DNA of 29,494 bases from a virus. Taxonomy: Duplodnaviria; Caudoviricetes. The stretch is from IMG/VR virus record IMGVR_UViG_3300005573_000230, positions 1 through 29,494 of that record; one strand, given 5' to 3'. Under the pieces are notes generated by a model. It was not told where the DNA came from and searched no databases. It saw only the letters and a program-made list of their open reading frames with translations. Positions 14,258 through 24,062 of the stretch are shown piece by piece; position 1 is the first letter of the stretch; the number at the start of each line of letters is the position of its first letter. A program made the translations under genes and the position numbers.

Positions 14258-17200
14258 TTATTGCCTAAGCTCTTCTTTTAGAGGCGCTCCCGTTAGGCTT
14301 AGCCAGGCCGCCCAACCGTCGCCCTTATCAAGATATTCCAGGAAATCTAAGACTTGGTTGAGCTTAACCGTTCGAAGAGGCAAACTCTTCGCCTGATAAG
14401 CCAAGTTCCCCCGGGCTATCTCGGCTTCATAGCCTTCCCCCATAGACCGGTAGGCATTTAGAATCAAGTTAAAAACCGGCCCTCCTCCGAACTGCGCTGG
14501 CCCCCAGATTGTGAAGTCCCGGCTGGCATCGATTCCTAGAGCTGAGAAGACTCCTAGCAAAACCGTGGAGCTTGCCACCAGGCGACTTGCATACGCAATC
14601 CGATCTGCTAGAGGTCCTTTCGTCAATCCTCGCCGGACGTTCTGGATATATTGAACGGGGTAGACTCCAAATTGTCCTAGAAGTCTTCCCATTAGCCCGG
14701 CATAGAGCCGAGGATTATGGATCTTCTCATAGGCAAAAAGGGAGTCTTCCACTACGAGCCTAGAGTAGTAATCTCGGGCGGCAAGATATTTTCCCTGTTT
14801 CACAAGCTCAACAATCTTAGCCTGTTCAATATCAGGGAATCGATAAGCTTTGACATAGGTGATCAGGTCTTCAGGCCTCTTCAAGACTCCTCGCTTGAAC
14901 TTGTCGAAGCCTTCTTTGAAGATTTCCTGAGCCGTTGCCATAGCTACCGACCGGGTGAGAGCATCCGAAGTTCCATAGGCCGCTAGTCCTCTATGTGTGA
15001 GTCTACCCGCTAGATTTGCTTCATCTATGATAGAATGAATCAACGGTGGCATGTCGAGAAGGATTCCTAGCTCTCGGCCTTTCGCAATAAAAACATCTGG
15101 GTTCTTAGCTACTTTCTGGATAGCCTTCGCAACATATTGAGTTCCATAAGGAGCAGCCAGGGTTCGATAGATGTCTACGATATTTCTAATCGCCGCCCAG
15201 GGTCTCCAGGCCATAGACGAAAACGTATGCACCGTAAAAAGAACTCTTGCAAAGTCCTTAGCCAAGACCGAGTCACCGAGCCCCAGTTTTGAAAAGAACC
15301 GGCTAGAGAATTCTTCTAGGCTCTTCTCACCCACGGTCTTGTAGCCCATGATGGTCTCTCGGAACTCATCTAGAGCAATGCCGATTTGAGGATCAAGCAT
15401 TCCTGCCTTAGCCTGCTTTCGCCGTAGGCTATCAAGCTCCCGCCAGACAGGATTCAAGAACTTTTTCTTCAAGCCTTGCGCAAGATACCGGTCTAGGATA
15501 ATTCCGATATCTTTCTCGGCGTCAAAGCTTAGGAGCTCTTCGATTCTGTCCATCTCCGCAAAGAACTTAATCTCTCGAGGCACACCTTTAGGAAAAGCCT
15601 GCGCAAAGATATTCTCTGGTGTCAGCGAGATCTTTTTAGCAGCCAGCTCTTCTACAGACTGCCGGATTCTAGGAACATAGTCTCGTAAGAATTTGATCGG
15701 GTCAATTCCAAAGAGTGCAAAGAGCCCGTCTCCCGGATTCTCTCCAAAAAGTCTCCGAATATTCCGGCCGACTTCGAGGGCTTTCTCATCAAGGTCGAAT
15801 TCTTTTGCTAGGGCTAGCTTCTCTGGCTCACTCTTGGCCTCCAGCCACCACCGTAAGCCTTCTCGCTGCTTAGCCGAGAGAGTCTTTCCTTCCGGAGACA
15901 GAATCGCCCGAGCCTGCCGGCGCCAATGCTGGAGCTCTTTCTGATAGACCCGATAGCGGTCTAGTAGGTCTGAAAAGCTCTTTGAAAGCTCTGTCTGTCC
16001 GGTCTTGGCGAGTTTGTCTGATATCCAGGAGCTTAAGGGTGTCGGATAAAGCTTAGAAGCTATCTCCAGAGCTCCAATCCGTTCCTTGATCTTGGGCGGA
16101 TAGAATGGATCAGCTAGAGGCCCGACGGCCGGTAGGTAGTAGCCGTGCTTAGTCAAGATGTCTTCCATTTCTTCGCCCAAGAGCGCCGGGGCTGTGGAGA
16201 GATCTGGTAAGCTTGCCAAGAGCTTCTCGATCTGTTTCTTGTCTCCGATCTTTGCAGAGACTTTCTTGCCGTCGATAAAGGTCACATAACTGCCGTCTTC
16301 GATTCTGAATGGCAAGCCTCGGCGATCTAGCACTCGGCGGATTCCCTCTGCTCGAGCCCACCCGCCTCGCAGGAACTCAATCGCTTCCCGTGGGTCGGTG
16401 AATTTTTCGATCACTCCAGCCTTAGGTAGATGGATTTCAAAGGATCTATCAGGAAGTCTAACTCGGAAAGCTTCAGGAGTCTGCTCCAAGACCTGTTTCA
16501 TCGAATCCAGCCGAGGGTTTCCGAACTTAGCTAAGAATCGAATAAGATCATTATACGAACCGGCCGTGATGGTCTTTGTATAGGTGATCTTTGTCTGGTT
16601 AGCGTCTTGGATGATTACCTGGGGCAAGAAATCATGCGGTATTTTGCTAGGAACATGGCCGGAGACTTTTAAAGCCTCTGTGGGAGTTCTCCCTGTTCCC
16701 AGGATCTCCCCTGAGGTTGATAGGATCTTATAGACTCCGGCATCTTTAACAAGCTTTAGGCCATCTTCGGCAAGGGCAACCTTGAGGCCTTCTCCTCGGA
16801 GACTTGAGATGATCAGGTCTTGAGTGGCCGCTTCCAGAGACGGATAGGTCTTTCCTCGAGCCGAGAAAGATCCATCCGGGTTAACCTGAGCCTTTCGGCC
16901 GAAGAACTTCTCATAGGAATCTGCTACGAACTGGGCATTCTCTGCAAACGTCTCAAAGGGGAGCTTCAGGGTCTTGAGCTCAGAACCGGTCTTACGGAGA
17001 GCGATCCGAGAAAACTCCGGTAAGTCTTTAGCTTCTAAGGTCTTTTTCAAAGTCTTCCGTAGACCATTGACCAGAGCCTGCCGGTCAGAGAGTTCCAGTT
17101 TCTCCGGTAGTGAGACGGAGATCTTTTTAGCCTCCAGATCTGTTTCTATTCGAACTCGCCGAGTGAGCTTTTCGGAGGCCTGCAAGAATTCTACTTGGAA

Positions 17201-19072
17201 GCCTTTTGCTTTGGCCGGCTCTAGTAAGCTCTCTGCGAAGACCTGAGCTTGCTTAGAAGGTACTTCCCCCGAGGAGCTCAGGAGGAGCGAGATCTTCTTA
17301 GGATCTTGCAGGAGCTGGTCTGTCTCCACGGCTTTTGAAACAGTCATTTTGATATAAGCATCCGTAGTTTCGGGGGCTTTCAACGTCCTCGGCTTAAAAG
17401 AAACCTGCGAGAGCTTTTCCTGCAGGGGTATGACTGTCCGACTATAGAGCCCTAGGATCTTTCCCTCGCCTAAGTCTACAGAATCAAAGCCTTGTCGGCG
17501 AAGGCTGTCTAGAGCTTGCAGTCTCGGAGGGTCTAGGAGAGATCCCTCCTGAGCAAGCTTCGTAGCAAAGTCCAAGGATCTCTTGAAGTCTTCGGGGCTG
17601 GCTGTCTTAGAAAAAATCCCCAAGACTTCTCCCTTAGGATCTTTGCCCAGAACGGGTAAGCCCTCCTCTGAGATCTCTATGACTCGGTAGACTGCTCCTT
17701 TTCCGTCTGAGACAAACTTGGAAGCCTCTAGCTCTGCAATATGCCCCACATCCATAGGATTCGGAGGGGCTTTCTTCCCAGCCTCTACCGCAGGCTCTAG
17801 AGACTTGTAGACCTCTGAGAGTCGATGAATTATAGGCTTCGAAGGTCCGAACATGTCCAGACTATAGGTCTTAGGGTCTTTTTCAATATTCTTGGCAATT
17901 TGGAGAGCTATCTCTTCATGGGCTTGTAGAGGCGAAAAGAAAACCTCTGGCAGGTCTTTGTTATCTTGGATGTCTTTGACCTTGCGCAAGATAAAACTTC
18001 CGTATTTATCTAAGCCGGGGTCAAAACCGGCCATCCGGGCTTCCACGGCTACTCGATACGTCGGGTGCTCTTCTAGAAGCGACGCAGACCGCTTTGTTCC
18101 AGACTGGATGTCTTGGACTTTCTTAAGAAGCCGTGCATTGTCGGCATAGTACTCAGGAAGCCGGCTAGAGATCTCCTCTGGTAGCTCTCCGGAGATATAT
18201 TTCTTAATGCTATCTTCTATAGGCACTCGGCTCATGGCCTCAGCCATATAGTCTTTCCGGCCTTTGAGCCAAGCCTTCATAGCCTTTCCAGAGAGCTTAG
18301 CAATCGGCCAGACTACAGAGCTAGCAAAACCAATAAGATAATCTAATATAGCATTATCTTTATATAGCCTCACAACTGTGCCCAGATCTGCCACGTCTTC
18401 CCCTTGCCAGGCTTTACTGACAAGCTGAAGACCTGTCAAAGAAATGTCTTCGATCGTGTTCTGGGCAAAGCTCCAGACAAGGCCTTTATAGATCTGACTT
18501 CGGAGGCCAGAACTCAGAGCCTTCGAAGCAAGCCCCGTTTCGATCTTATCAAGCAAGCCTCCTATAGCTGGATTCGACCGGATCATAGGGAGTGTTATCA
18601 TGACTTGAGTTGCTCCCCCTAAGAACGAGCTCAAACCTCCGGGGCTGTGAATCGACCGGAGCCAGTCTTTGAATTTCGCAGATTCTTCTCCGTAGAGAGC
18701 TTCATAGCTCTGACCGGCTACAGGCTGCCGGCCAAGAAGCTTCTCAACCTGCGTAGCTGCCCAGAGACTTGTCTGATAGAGCAAGTTATCGCTTGTGAAG
18801 GCATCTGCAAATTTCACCACTCCGCTCGGATCGGTCTTGTACCGAGACCATAGGCTATCTGCCAGAGCTTGCACGGCAGGATTCTTAAACCGGGGCGGTT
18901 GCTTCGCATAGACATCTACAAGACTCATGAACTGATCCTCGGACAAGTCCTTGGCTCGAGGGTCTCGGCTCAACACATCTGCAAAGACTGCCGCCCGGAC
19001 TTTAGCCTGCTCAGGGAAAGAGAGCTCAAGAAACCGGGGATCTTGCTCTAAGGCTTGAAGCTTCTCCTGCAT
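14258..19072 (-). CDS. Large internal virion / DNA ejection protein (positional analogue of T7 gp16)
   Basis: 1604 aa; last and largest of three genes following the nozzle and GNAT genes; hydrophobic C-terminal segment. Call rests mainly on synteny. Confidence 0.6.
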   Translation of the reverse strand: MQEKLQALEQDPRFLELSFPEQAKVRAAVFADVLSRDPRAKDLSEDQFMSLVDVYAKQPPRFKNPAVQALADSLWSRYKTDPSGVVKFADAFTSDNLLYQTSLWAATQVEKLLGRQPVAGQSYEALYGEESAKFKDWLRSIHSPGGLSSFLGGATQVMITLPMIRSNPAIGGLLDKIETGLASKALSSGLRSQIYKGLVWSFAQNTIEDISLTGLQLVSKAWQGEDVADLGTVVRLYKDNAILDYLIGFASSVVWPIAKLSGKAMKAWLKGRKDYMAEAMSRVPIEDSIKKYISGELPEEISSRLPEYYADNARLLKKVQDIQSGTKRSASLLEEHPTYRVAVEARMAGFDPGLDKYGSFILRKVKDIQDNKDLPEVFFSPLQAHEEIALQIAKNIEKDPKTYSLDMFGPSKPIIHRLSEVYKSLEPAVEAGKKAPPNPMDVGHIAELEASKFVSDGKGAVYRVIEISEEGLPVLGKDPKGEVLGIFSKTASPEDFKRSLDFATKLAQEGSLLDPPRLQALDSLRRQGFDSVDLGEGKILGLYSRTVIPLQEKLSQVSFKPRTLKAPETTDAYIKMTVSKAVETDQLLQDPKKISLLLSSSGEVPSKQAQVFAESLLEPAKAKGFQVEFLQASEKLTRRVRIETDLEAKKISVSLPEKLELSDRQALVNGLRKTLKKTLEAKDLPEFSRIALRKTGSELKTLKLPFETFAENAQFVADSYEKFFGRKAQVNPDGSFSARGKTYPSLEAATQDLIISSLRGEGLKVALAEDGLKLVKDAGVYKILSTSGEILGTGRTPTEALKVSGHVPSKIPHDFLPQVIIQDANQTKITYTKTITAGSYNDLIRFLAKFGNPRLDSMKQVLEQTPEAFRVRLPDRSFEIHLPKAGVIEKFTDPREAIEFLRGGWARAEGIRRVLDRRGLPFRIEDGSYVTFIDGKKVSAKIGDKKQIEKLLASLPDLSTAPALLGEEMEDILTKHGYYLPAVGPLADPFYPPKIKERIGALEIASKLYPTPLSSWISDKLAKTGQTELSKSFSDLLDRYRVYQKELQHWRRQARAILSPEGKTLSAKQREGLRWWLEAKSEPEKLALAKEFDLDEKALEVGRNIRRLFGENPGDGLFALFGIDPIKFLRDYVPRIRQSVEELAAKKISLTPENIFAQAFPKGVPREIKFFAEMDRIEELLSFDAEKDIGIILDRYLAQGLKKKFLNPVWRELDSLRRKQAKAGMLDPQIGIALDEFRETIMGYKTVGEKSLEEFSSRFFSKLGLGDSVLAKDFARVLFTVHTFSSMAWRPWAAIRNIVDIYRTLAAPYGTQYVAKAIQKVAKNPDVFIAKGRELGILLDMPPLIHSIIDEANLAGRLTHRGLAAYGTSDALTRSVAMATAQEIFKEGFDKFKRGVLKRPEDLITYVKAYRFPDIEQAKIVELVKQGKYLAARDYYSRLVVEDSLFAYEKIHNPRLYAGLMGRLLGQFGVYPVQYIQNVRRGLTKGPLADRIAYASRLVASSTVLLGVFSALGIDASRDFTIWGPAQFGGGPVFNLILNAYRSMGEGYEAEIARGNLAYQAKSLPLRTVKLNQVLDFLEYLDKGDGWAAWLSLTGAPLKEELRQ

Positions 19073-19090
19073 GGCGGCTTTCTCCTCCCG

Positions 19091-20962
19091 CTATTTGATA
19101 AGATAGCTATTGATCAAGGGCGTTAGCTTCTCATCGGCAAAAGGATTCGTTTCAGTGGGCTGTTCTCCTCCAAAAATTCTCGATGCCCAGTTGAGGAATT
19201 TTTCCAATGCATTAGGATTCTTGAGGTCCTTTTCTGTGATCTCCTTCGTAATCGGCCGAGAGAATATTTGTGATTCTATCATCCGTAGCGTTGTGGTAAG
19301 TGTTTTGATTTGCTGCATGTAGCCGGGAGGGAGTTTTTCAATGTCCTTTGCTTTCAGGAGATCTACTAAGGAATTTAGATTAGTCTTATACATATCCTTC
19401 AACATAGAGTCATCTTTAGCAGGCCGAAGCAAATCTAGCTCTGCTTTCTTGAGGGCAAGCTGAGCGATTTCTTTCCGGATTCCGGCTTCTTCAATGCTTG
19501 CCAAAGCCTTCATGATCTCTGCTTCAGCAGCTTTTTTCTTCCCTTCCAGCGTCAGCCGGGTGATCTCCAAAACATTCTCATCGGACATATTCTTGAGGGC
19601 TTGATAGGCTTCCTGGTAAGCCGGATTGAGCGCCGAAAGAGCCTGCCATGTGAAAGGATCTTCTAGCTTCGTCCGAAGTCGCTCGGAGAACTGAGAGAGC
19701 TTCTCAGGGTCTTTTGCGACCTCGGCCAAGTCCCGTCGGCTAAGCACACGCCGCTTAAATAGATCATAGTCTTGAAGGCTCTTTAGAGCACTTCTTGCAG
19801 CCCGGCTGTCTTCCGAAGCTTGAGCCAGAAAGCTTGAGGCAGCTTCCAAAGCCTGGGAGGCTTTCTCCTCAGCTACAGCTACGGGCTTAAAACTCTGTGC
19901 CTTAGCCTGGATGATTTCTTCCACAGGATCTCCCGGATAGGCTGGAGAAGGCTCCGGAGCTTGAGAGGCTTGAGTTTTAACGGTGTTGGTCAGTTCGGCA
20001 GGCTTAGCCGGCTCGGTTGGCTTAGGTGGCTTGACTCCTTTTCCTTCGGTTGCTCTCGCATACTCCTCCGGGCTTGGGAAAGTCTGCTGCAGATCTGTCG
20101 GAGCTGTGGCCAGTTGCATGCTAGGCTGAGACTCCATAAAAGCCTGCCAGTCTTGGGGAGTCATAGGGACTTGCGAAGTAGACTCAAGCTTTCTAAGGCC
20201 CTGCATAGTAGGTGTCGGACTTGAAGAAGCTGGTGGTTGTCCTCCTACGCCTGGAGTAGTAGAAGCCGGCTCTTCTACAGGCTCATAGCTTATTCCTTCA
20301 AAGAACGGCTTTTGCGTAGGATCTACCGAGACTTTTCCTAAGATTGCTTGCATAGCCTGTCCAACTTCAGAAATTGGAACTGTTTGCGGGAGGTAGATTT
20401 TCTGCCTTCCCAATATCGGCCCTTTGTTGAGCCAATAAAAAACCCGGACTTGCTTTTCAGGCTGCCCTGTTGGAGCTCGCACAGGGGGAGCTTGAGGAGC
20501 TGGGCTTTGAGCTTGAGTAGCAGTTGATTCTCTCGGAGCAACTGGAGTTTGCGGAGTTGGGGCCGGCTCTGGAGGTCTAGTTTGTGCGGGAGCTTGAGCC
20601 GGAGTCTGGGTCTGCACTTGCGGGGTAGGCTTCTCTTGACCAGGAGCTTGTAAGAACCGATTGATCAGAGTCCTGAAATCTGCGGGGTTCTCAGAGAGAT
20701 TCTTGTAATAACTCTCGGCCTCTTTTTCATTCATCCCCATGAGCTTGAAATAGCTCTTAGCCTGTTCAGGGTTCTCAACCAGATACTGGGGCAGACTCAC
20801 ACCGGCCGATTCAGCCGATTCGGCTAAGTGCTTCGTCCAGTTCACGAAATCCTGCTGCCTTTTGGCCATTCCAATCTGAAAGCCTTTGAGAGCGAGCTCT
20901 ACCCAGTCCATCGGATTAGGCTCTCGCCCCAACGGAGGAGGAGCTTGATAGATTACCGCCAT
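19091..20962 (-). CDS. Internal virion / ejection protein (gp15-like position)
   Basis: 623 aa with P/Q/T/A-rich linkers and helical ends; synteny; AAGGAGG RBS. Confidence 0.55.
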   Translation of the reverse strand: MAVIYQAPPPLGREPNPMDWVELALKGFQIGMAKRQQDFVNWTKHLAESAESAGVSLPQYLVENPEQAKSYFKLMGMNEKEAESYYKNLSENPADFRTLINRFLQAPGQEKPTPQVQTQTPAQAPAQTRPPEPAPTPQTPVAPRESTATQAQSPAPQAPPVRAPTGQPEKQVRVFYWLNKGPILGRQKIYLPQTVPISEVGQAMQAILGKVSVDPTQKPFFEGISYEPVEEPASTTPGVGGQPPASSSPTPTMQGLRKLESTSQVPMTPQDWQAFMESQPSMQLATAPTDLQQTFPSPEEYARATEGKGVKPPKPTEPAKPAELTNTVKTQASQAPEPSPAYPGDPVEEIIQAKAQSFKPVAVAEEKASQALEAASSFLAQASEDSRAARSALKSLQDYDLFKRRVLSRRDLAEVAKDPEKLSQFSERLRTKLEDPFTWQALSALNPAYQEAYQALKNMSDENVLEITRLTLEGKKKAAEAEIMKALASIEEAGIRKEIAQLALKKAELDLLRPAKDDSMLKDMYKTNLNSLVDLLKAKDIEKLPPGYMQQIKTLTTTLRMIESQIFSRPITKEITEKDLKNPNALEKFLNWASRIFGGEQPTETNPFADEKLTPLINSYLIK

Positions 20963-20984
20963 AGAAAAGCCTCCTTTTTAGACG

Positions 20985-21701
20985 CTATATTTTCTTTGCA
21001 AGCGCTGCTCCGGCCGCAGAAGCCCCGGCTCCCACAGCCGGGCCCACGACATACTGCATAAACTGCCCCCAGGGGGTCTGCTGGCGCTCCTGGTAATAAG
21101 TGGGCGTTCCATATTGCGTAATACCTTGTAAGCCTTGCCCATAGATTCCTCCATAAAGCCCGGCCAGGTTGAACAAATTGCCTATATCTCCCGAAGCCGC
21201 TTGCAGTTGATTCCTAAAAAGATCTTGATAGGCCGATCCGGCTTGTCCTAAAGCCTGCCCCGCAAGATTCCCAAAAAGACCAATCTGCTGAGACCCCAAC
21301 TGGCTAGCTACATCCCCGAAGGCTTGACTAGCTGCTTTCGAAGCCTGCTCCAGCGTCGCCCCTGAATAAAGACTCCCCAGACCGGACAAGTTCGAAGCTA
21401 CATTGTTTATCGCTTCCTGGCTTAATCGGCTAGCCCGTTCTCGAAGGCCTTGCTCCAGAGGGCTCTGAGCTCCTTGGATCAGGCCCTGGAGCTGCGGAGC
21501 TTGCGACATAAAAGCATTCCAATAGGCCTGGGGATTTTGAGCGGCCACGACATTGCCAAGACTCTGGGCAGATCCAATTTGGTTGATCGTATTCTGCAAG
21601 CCACCCATGCCAAAGTCCATAGCTTTATTCAGTGCTCCTAGGCCGGCCTGGGTGTATTCTTGGCCAACTTGATGAGTTTTAACTTTCTCGGTAGCTCCCA
21701 T
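20985..21701 (-). CDS. Gly/Ala/Gln-rich ejection (pilot) protein (T7 gp14 / P22 gp7-like position)
   Basis: Strong G/A/Q/L bias, C-terminal VVGPAVGAGASAAGAALAKKI; synteny. Confidence 0.65.
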   Translation of the reverse strand: MGATEKVKTHQVGQEYTQAGLGALNKAMDFGMGGLQNTINQIGSAQSLGNVVAAQNPQAYWNAFMSQAPQLQGLIQGAQSPLEQGLRERASRLSQEAINNVASNLSGLGSLYSGATLEQASKAASQAFGDVASQLGSQQIGLFGNLAGQALGQAGSAYQDLFRNQLQAASGDIGNLFNLAGLYGGIYGQGLQGITQYGTPTYYQERQQTPWGQFMQYVVGPAVGAGASAAGAALAKKI

Positions 21702-21731
21702 AGGTTTTCCTCCTTCTTCTCCTTTTTCTTC

Positions 21732-22214
21732 TTATCCTTCTCGAATCATACTAAAAATCTCTCCGTCGAGCAATCGGCCGGATAGAGCCCGGAAAGCTCT
21801 CCGAAGCCGACCTTCGTAGACAAATCCGATGGCTTTTAGAAGCCTCTGTATGCCTCGGCTAGCTCGATCTAGTAGAACTACTTCAATCCGCTCAATGGAA
21901 GAAGCCTTGAACAAAGCCTGAGAAATTTCTTGCAAGGTCTGGATGTCTTGAAAAGGATTCTTAAAGAAAAACCCATGCACTCTCAGACCGAAGCCCTCCG
22001 GAGTCTGCTCAAAGAAAAGCACAAACCGCTCAGATTCTAACGCAAACCAGAAGCTTTCCATAGCCCGAATAAAGGTCTCCTTATTGAGATAGACTCTCCG
22101 GATGAGCGGAGACTTCTCAATCCTGGTATAGATCTCCCAAGGATTCGTTAGGATTGGACTTTTAAGCGAGACCTCAGGAGGAAGCGCTTCTTGCAAGACT
22201 CCAAACAAGATCAT
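21732..22214 (-). CDS. GNAT-fold protein (virion assembly; T7 gp13 / P22 gp14-like position)
   Basis: IERIEVV...RGIQRLLKAIGFVYEGRLRRAF...DGEIFSM is a RimJ/RimL-like C-terminus; sits between the nozzle and ejection genes. Confidence 0.7.
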   Translation of the reverse strand: MILFGVLQEALPPEVSLKSPILTNPWEIYTRIEKSPLIRRVYLNKETFIRAMESFWFALESERFVLFFEQTPEGFGLRVHGFFFKNPFQDIQTLQEISQALFKASSIERIEVVLLDRASRGIQRLLKAIGFVYEGRLRRAFRALSGRLLDGEIFSMIREG

Positions 22215-22220
22215 CTCTTT

Positions 22221-24038
22221 TCAGCCTCCCTGCGGTGTGAAATAGGACTCTACACCTCGGCCTCGGACACGAAGGGTATATTCAATAATCCGAGCCGACT
22301 GCGGTAGACTTGAGGAGACAAGCCTAAATCGTAAGACCGAGCTTGTTAGGCTAAAACCGATAAAGCCTTCTCTCTTGCCGGCTTCAATTCGAAGAACTCC
22401 CAGCGTTCTCCAAGAGTCCCCCGAGTTTGTCGAGCCGAGAACAGTTATCTGCGCATCAGAAGCTACGGGCTGATCTAGCCGGATAGAAAGCCTATAGGCC
22501 GATTTAAGCTTATCCGTCGAGTCAAAGTCGAGATCTCCTGTCTCCAGCAAGACTTGCTTCAAATTACCTGTCGTATCTAGATTTGAATCTCGGCTAACTT
22601 GGTAGCTTTTGCCGTCATGTGACCCGAGTAAGATCGAGGAGTCTTTTCCTTGAATTCCCAACGTCTCAATCGTTACAGCTACCGAGTCTAGGCCGCTGAT
22701 TGTAGAACTTAACGAATCCAAGCCCTCGATAGTGACTAGATAAGGCAAGTCCTTAGCGATGCAAGACGCATCTACAGGCTCTCTAGACCAAGCCTTCGTA
22801 AGCAGATTAAACGAGTAGATCACTTCGATTCGGTCAGAGCTTTGGGGCAGGCCGAAGACAATCCGGTTATTCTTCCGGTCATATTCTACATAAGCCCTCC
22901 CCGGATATAGACAACTCCGGATAGGCTTCTCTAGAATCCCATAGTCAACCCGTTCGATTCCCTTCGAAAGACTCAAGTAATACGCTCCGTTTTGAGCCAA
23001 GAAAAAATGCCCATCTAGCCACGCACAGACAGCTCTCGGCCCTAGGAGACCTAAGCCTCCTGTGGGAAGTCGCTCTTGAAAAGCAATCGGCAGAGAGTCT
23101 CCCGCAATATTTGTAGGCCGGCCAATGTCAACAGCATCTTCAAAATAGGCCACTAAATATGCCCCTAAGGGAACAAGTCTCAGAAGCCTCCCCGGGCTAT
23201 AAGGCCTATCCACGAACTGGCTCGAACCTATAGAGCCAAAATCTGACCGGCTGGTAGTCTTACTCCACATAATCCGTTGGGGATATCGAGTCGAGCCGAT
23301 CGTGATGTCTCCGAGCCAAAGCCTGTCTGCGTGATAGGCTACGCATCCTGCCGCAAGATCTAAGCTCGCCATGCTTGTGGAGAAATTCGCCAGAATCGAT
23401 CCGGAGAGCATCCAAGGCGGCCTAGCCCGGTCTGTGATAATGAGTCGTCTTTCGCATTGTGTCCAATCGAGTCGTTCTCCATAGGCAACCTTAAAAGCCA
23501 TCCGGATGGCATAGCTTGACCCAGCCGGAAAGTTCTTCGAGGGCGTAGAAGCCAGTGTCAGAATAGTCTCCGAGTTGATGGTATAGACTTGTAAGACATT
23601 CAACGAAGCCCCTGCTCCGATGACAAACACGTCTCCGGGGCGGATTTTGTTTGTCACCCAGGCTGTCCCTGAGCCGACGGCAAAAGTCCCGCTGGTTTTG
23701 ACTGTTCCTGTCGAGTAGACCAGATATTTTCCGTCTAGTCCTGAGGAGCTTGCCTGGTATACAAACTTCGTGTCGAAGACAATAGCTCGGTGAGAGCCTG
23801 AAGAATCTATGTAGTCTTCGTAGCCTTCCACGGGCGGATAGCTTACGGCTACTTGGGCAAATCGAGCTATCACACCCGGTGATGGCACAAGTCCCACCGG
23901 ATCGACCAAGATCCCTGAGGCATCCCACAGCATCGAAGACTCAAGCTTTGCAGGATGCAAATCCGGCCGCATGCCTGCAGTGAGAGGCCTAAACGGAATG
24001 TCTATCGGATTTTGCACTTGCCATAATGCTTCTGGCAT
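22221..24038 (-). CDS. Tail nozzle / packaged-DNA stabilisation protein (P22 gp10 / T7 gp12-like)
   Basis: Beta-rich 605 aa; YHADRLWLG...QRIMWS, GLGLLGPRAV, HFFLAQNGAY, YSFNLLTKAWS and LETGDLDF patterns typical of podophage nozzle propellers. Confidence 0.7.
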   Translation of the reverse strand: MPEALWQVQNPIDIPFRPLTAGMRPDLHPAKLESSMLWDASGILVDPVGLVPSPGVIARFAQVAVSYPPVEGYEDYIDSSGSHRAIVFDTKFVYQASSSGLDGKYLVYSTGTVKTSGTFAVGSGTAWVTNKIRPGDVFVIGAGASLNVLQVYTINSETILTLASTPSKNFPAGSSYAIRMAFKVAYGERLDWTQCERRLIITDRARPPWMLSGSILANFSTSMASLDLAAGCVAYHADRLWLGDITIGSTRYPQRIMWSKTTSRSDFGSIGSSQFVDRPYSPGRLLRLVPLGAYLVAYFEDAVDIGRPTNIAGDSLPIAFQERLPTGGLGLLGPRAVCAWLDGHFFLAQNGAYYLSLSKGIERVDYGILEKPIRSCLYPGRAYVEYDRKNNRIVFGLPQSSDRIEVIYSFNLLTKAWSREPVDASCIAKDLPYLVTIEGLDSLSSTISGLDSVAVTIETLGIQGKDSSILLGSHDGKSYQVSRDSNLDTTGNLKQVLLETGDLDFDSTDKLKSAYRLSIRLDQPVASDAQITVLGSTNSGDSWRTLGVLRIEAGKREGFIGFSLTSSVLRFRLVSSSLPQSARIIEYTLRVRGRGVESYFTPQGG

Positions 24039-24062
24039 TACGAAGACTCTCCTTCTAAAGAC

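Noticed and set aside
14258-19072. Virion RNA polymerase (N4- or crAss-like)
   Set aside because: No DxDGD-type or T7-like polymerase motifs recognised, and it is smaller than such enzymes usually are.
14572-21641. Many short plus-strand ORFs opposite the ejection genes, and minus-strand ORFs opposite early genes
   Set aside because: Antisense shadows with no RBS or recognisable motifs.
21702-21735. Polypurine tract (minus strand) before the pilot protein gene
   Set aside because: Explained by an A-rich translational enhancer with tandem SD-like sequences.
23491-23928. 145-aa alternative-frame ORF inside the nozzle gene
   Set aside because: Arg/Cys/Ser-rich off-frame composition with no TM, heptad or coupling evidence, unlike the 25513-25949 pair.
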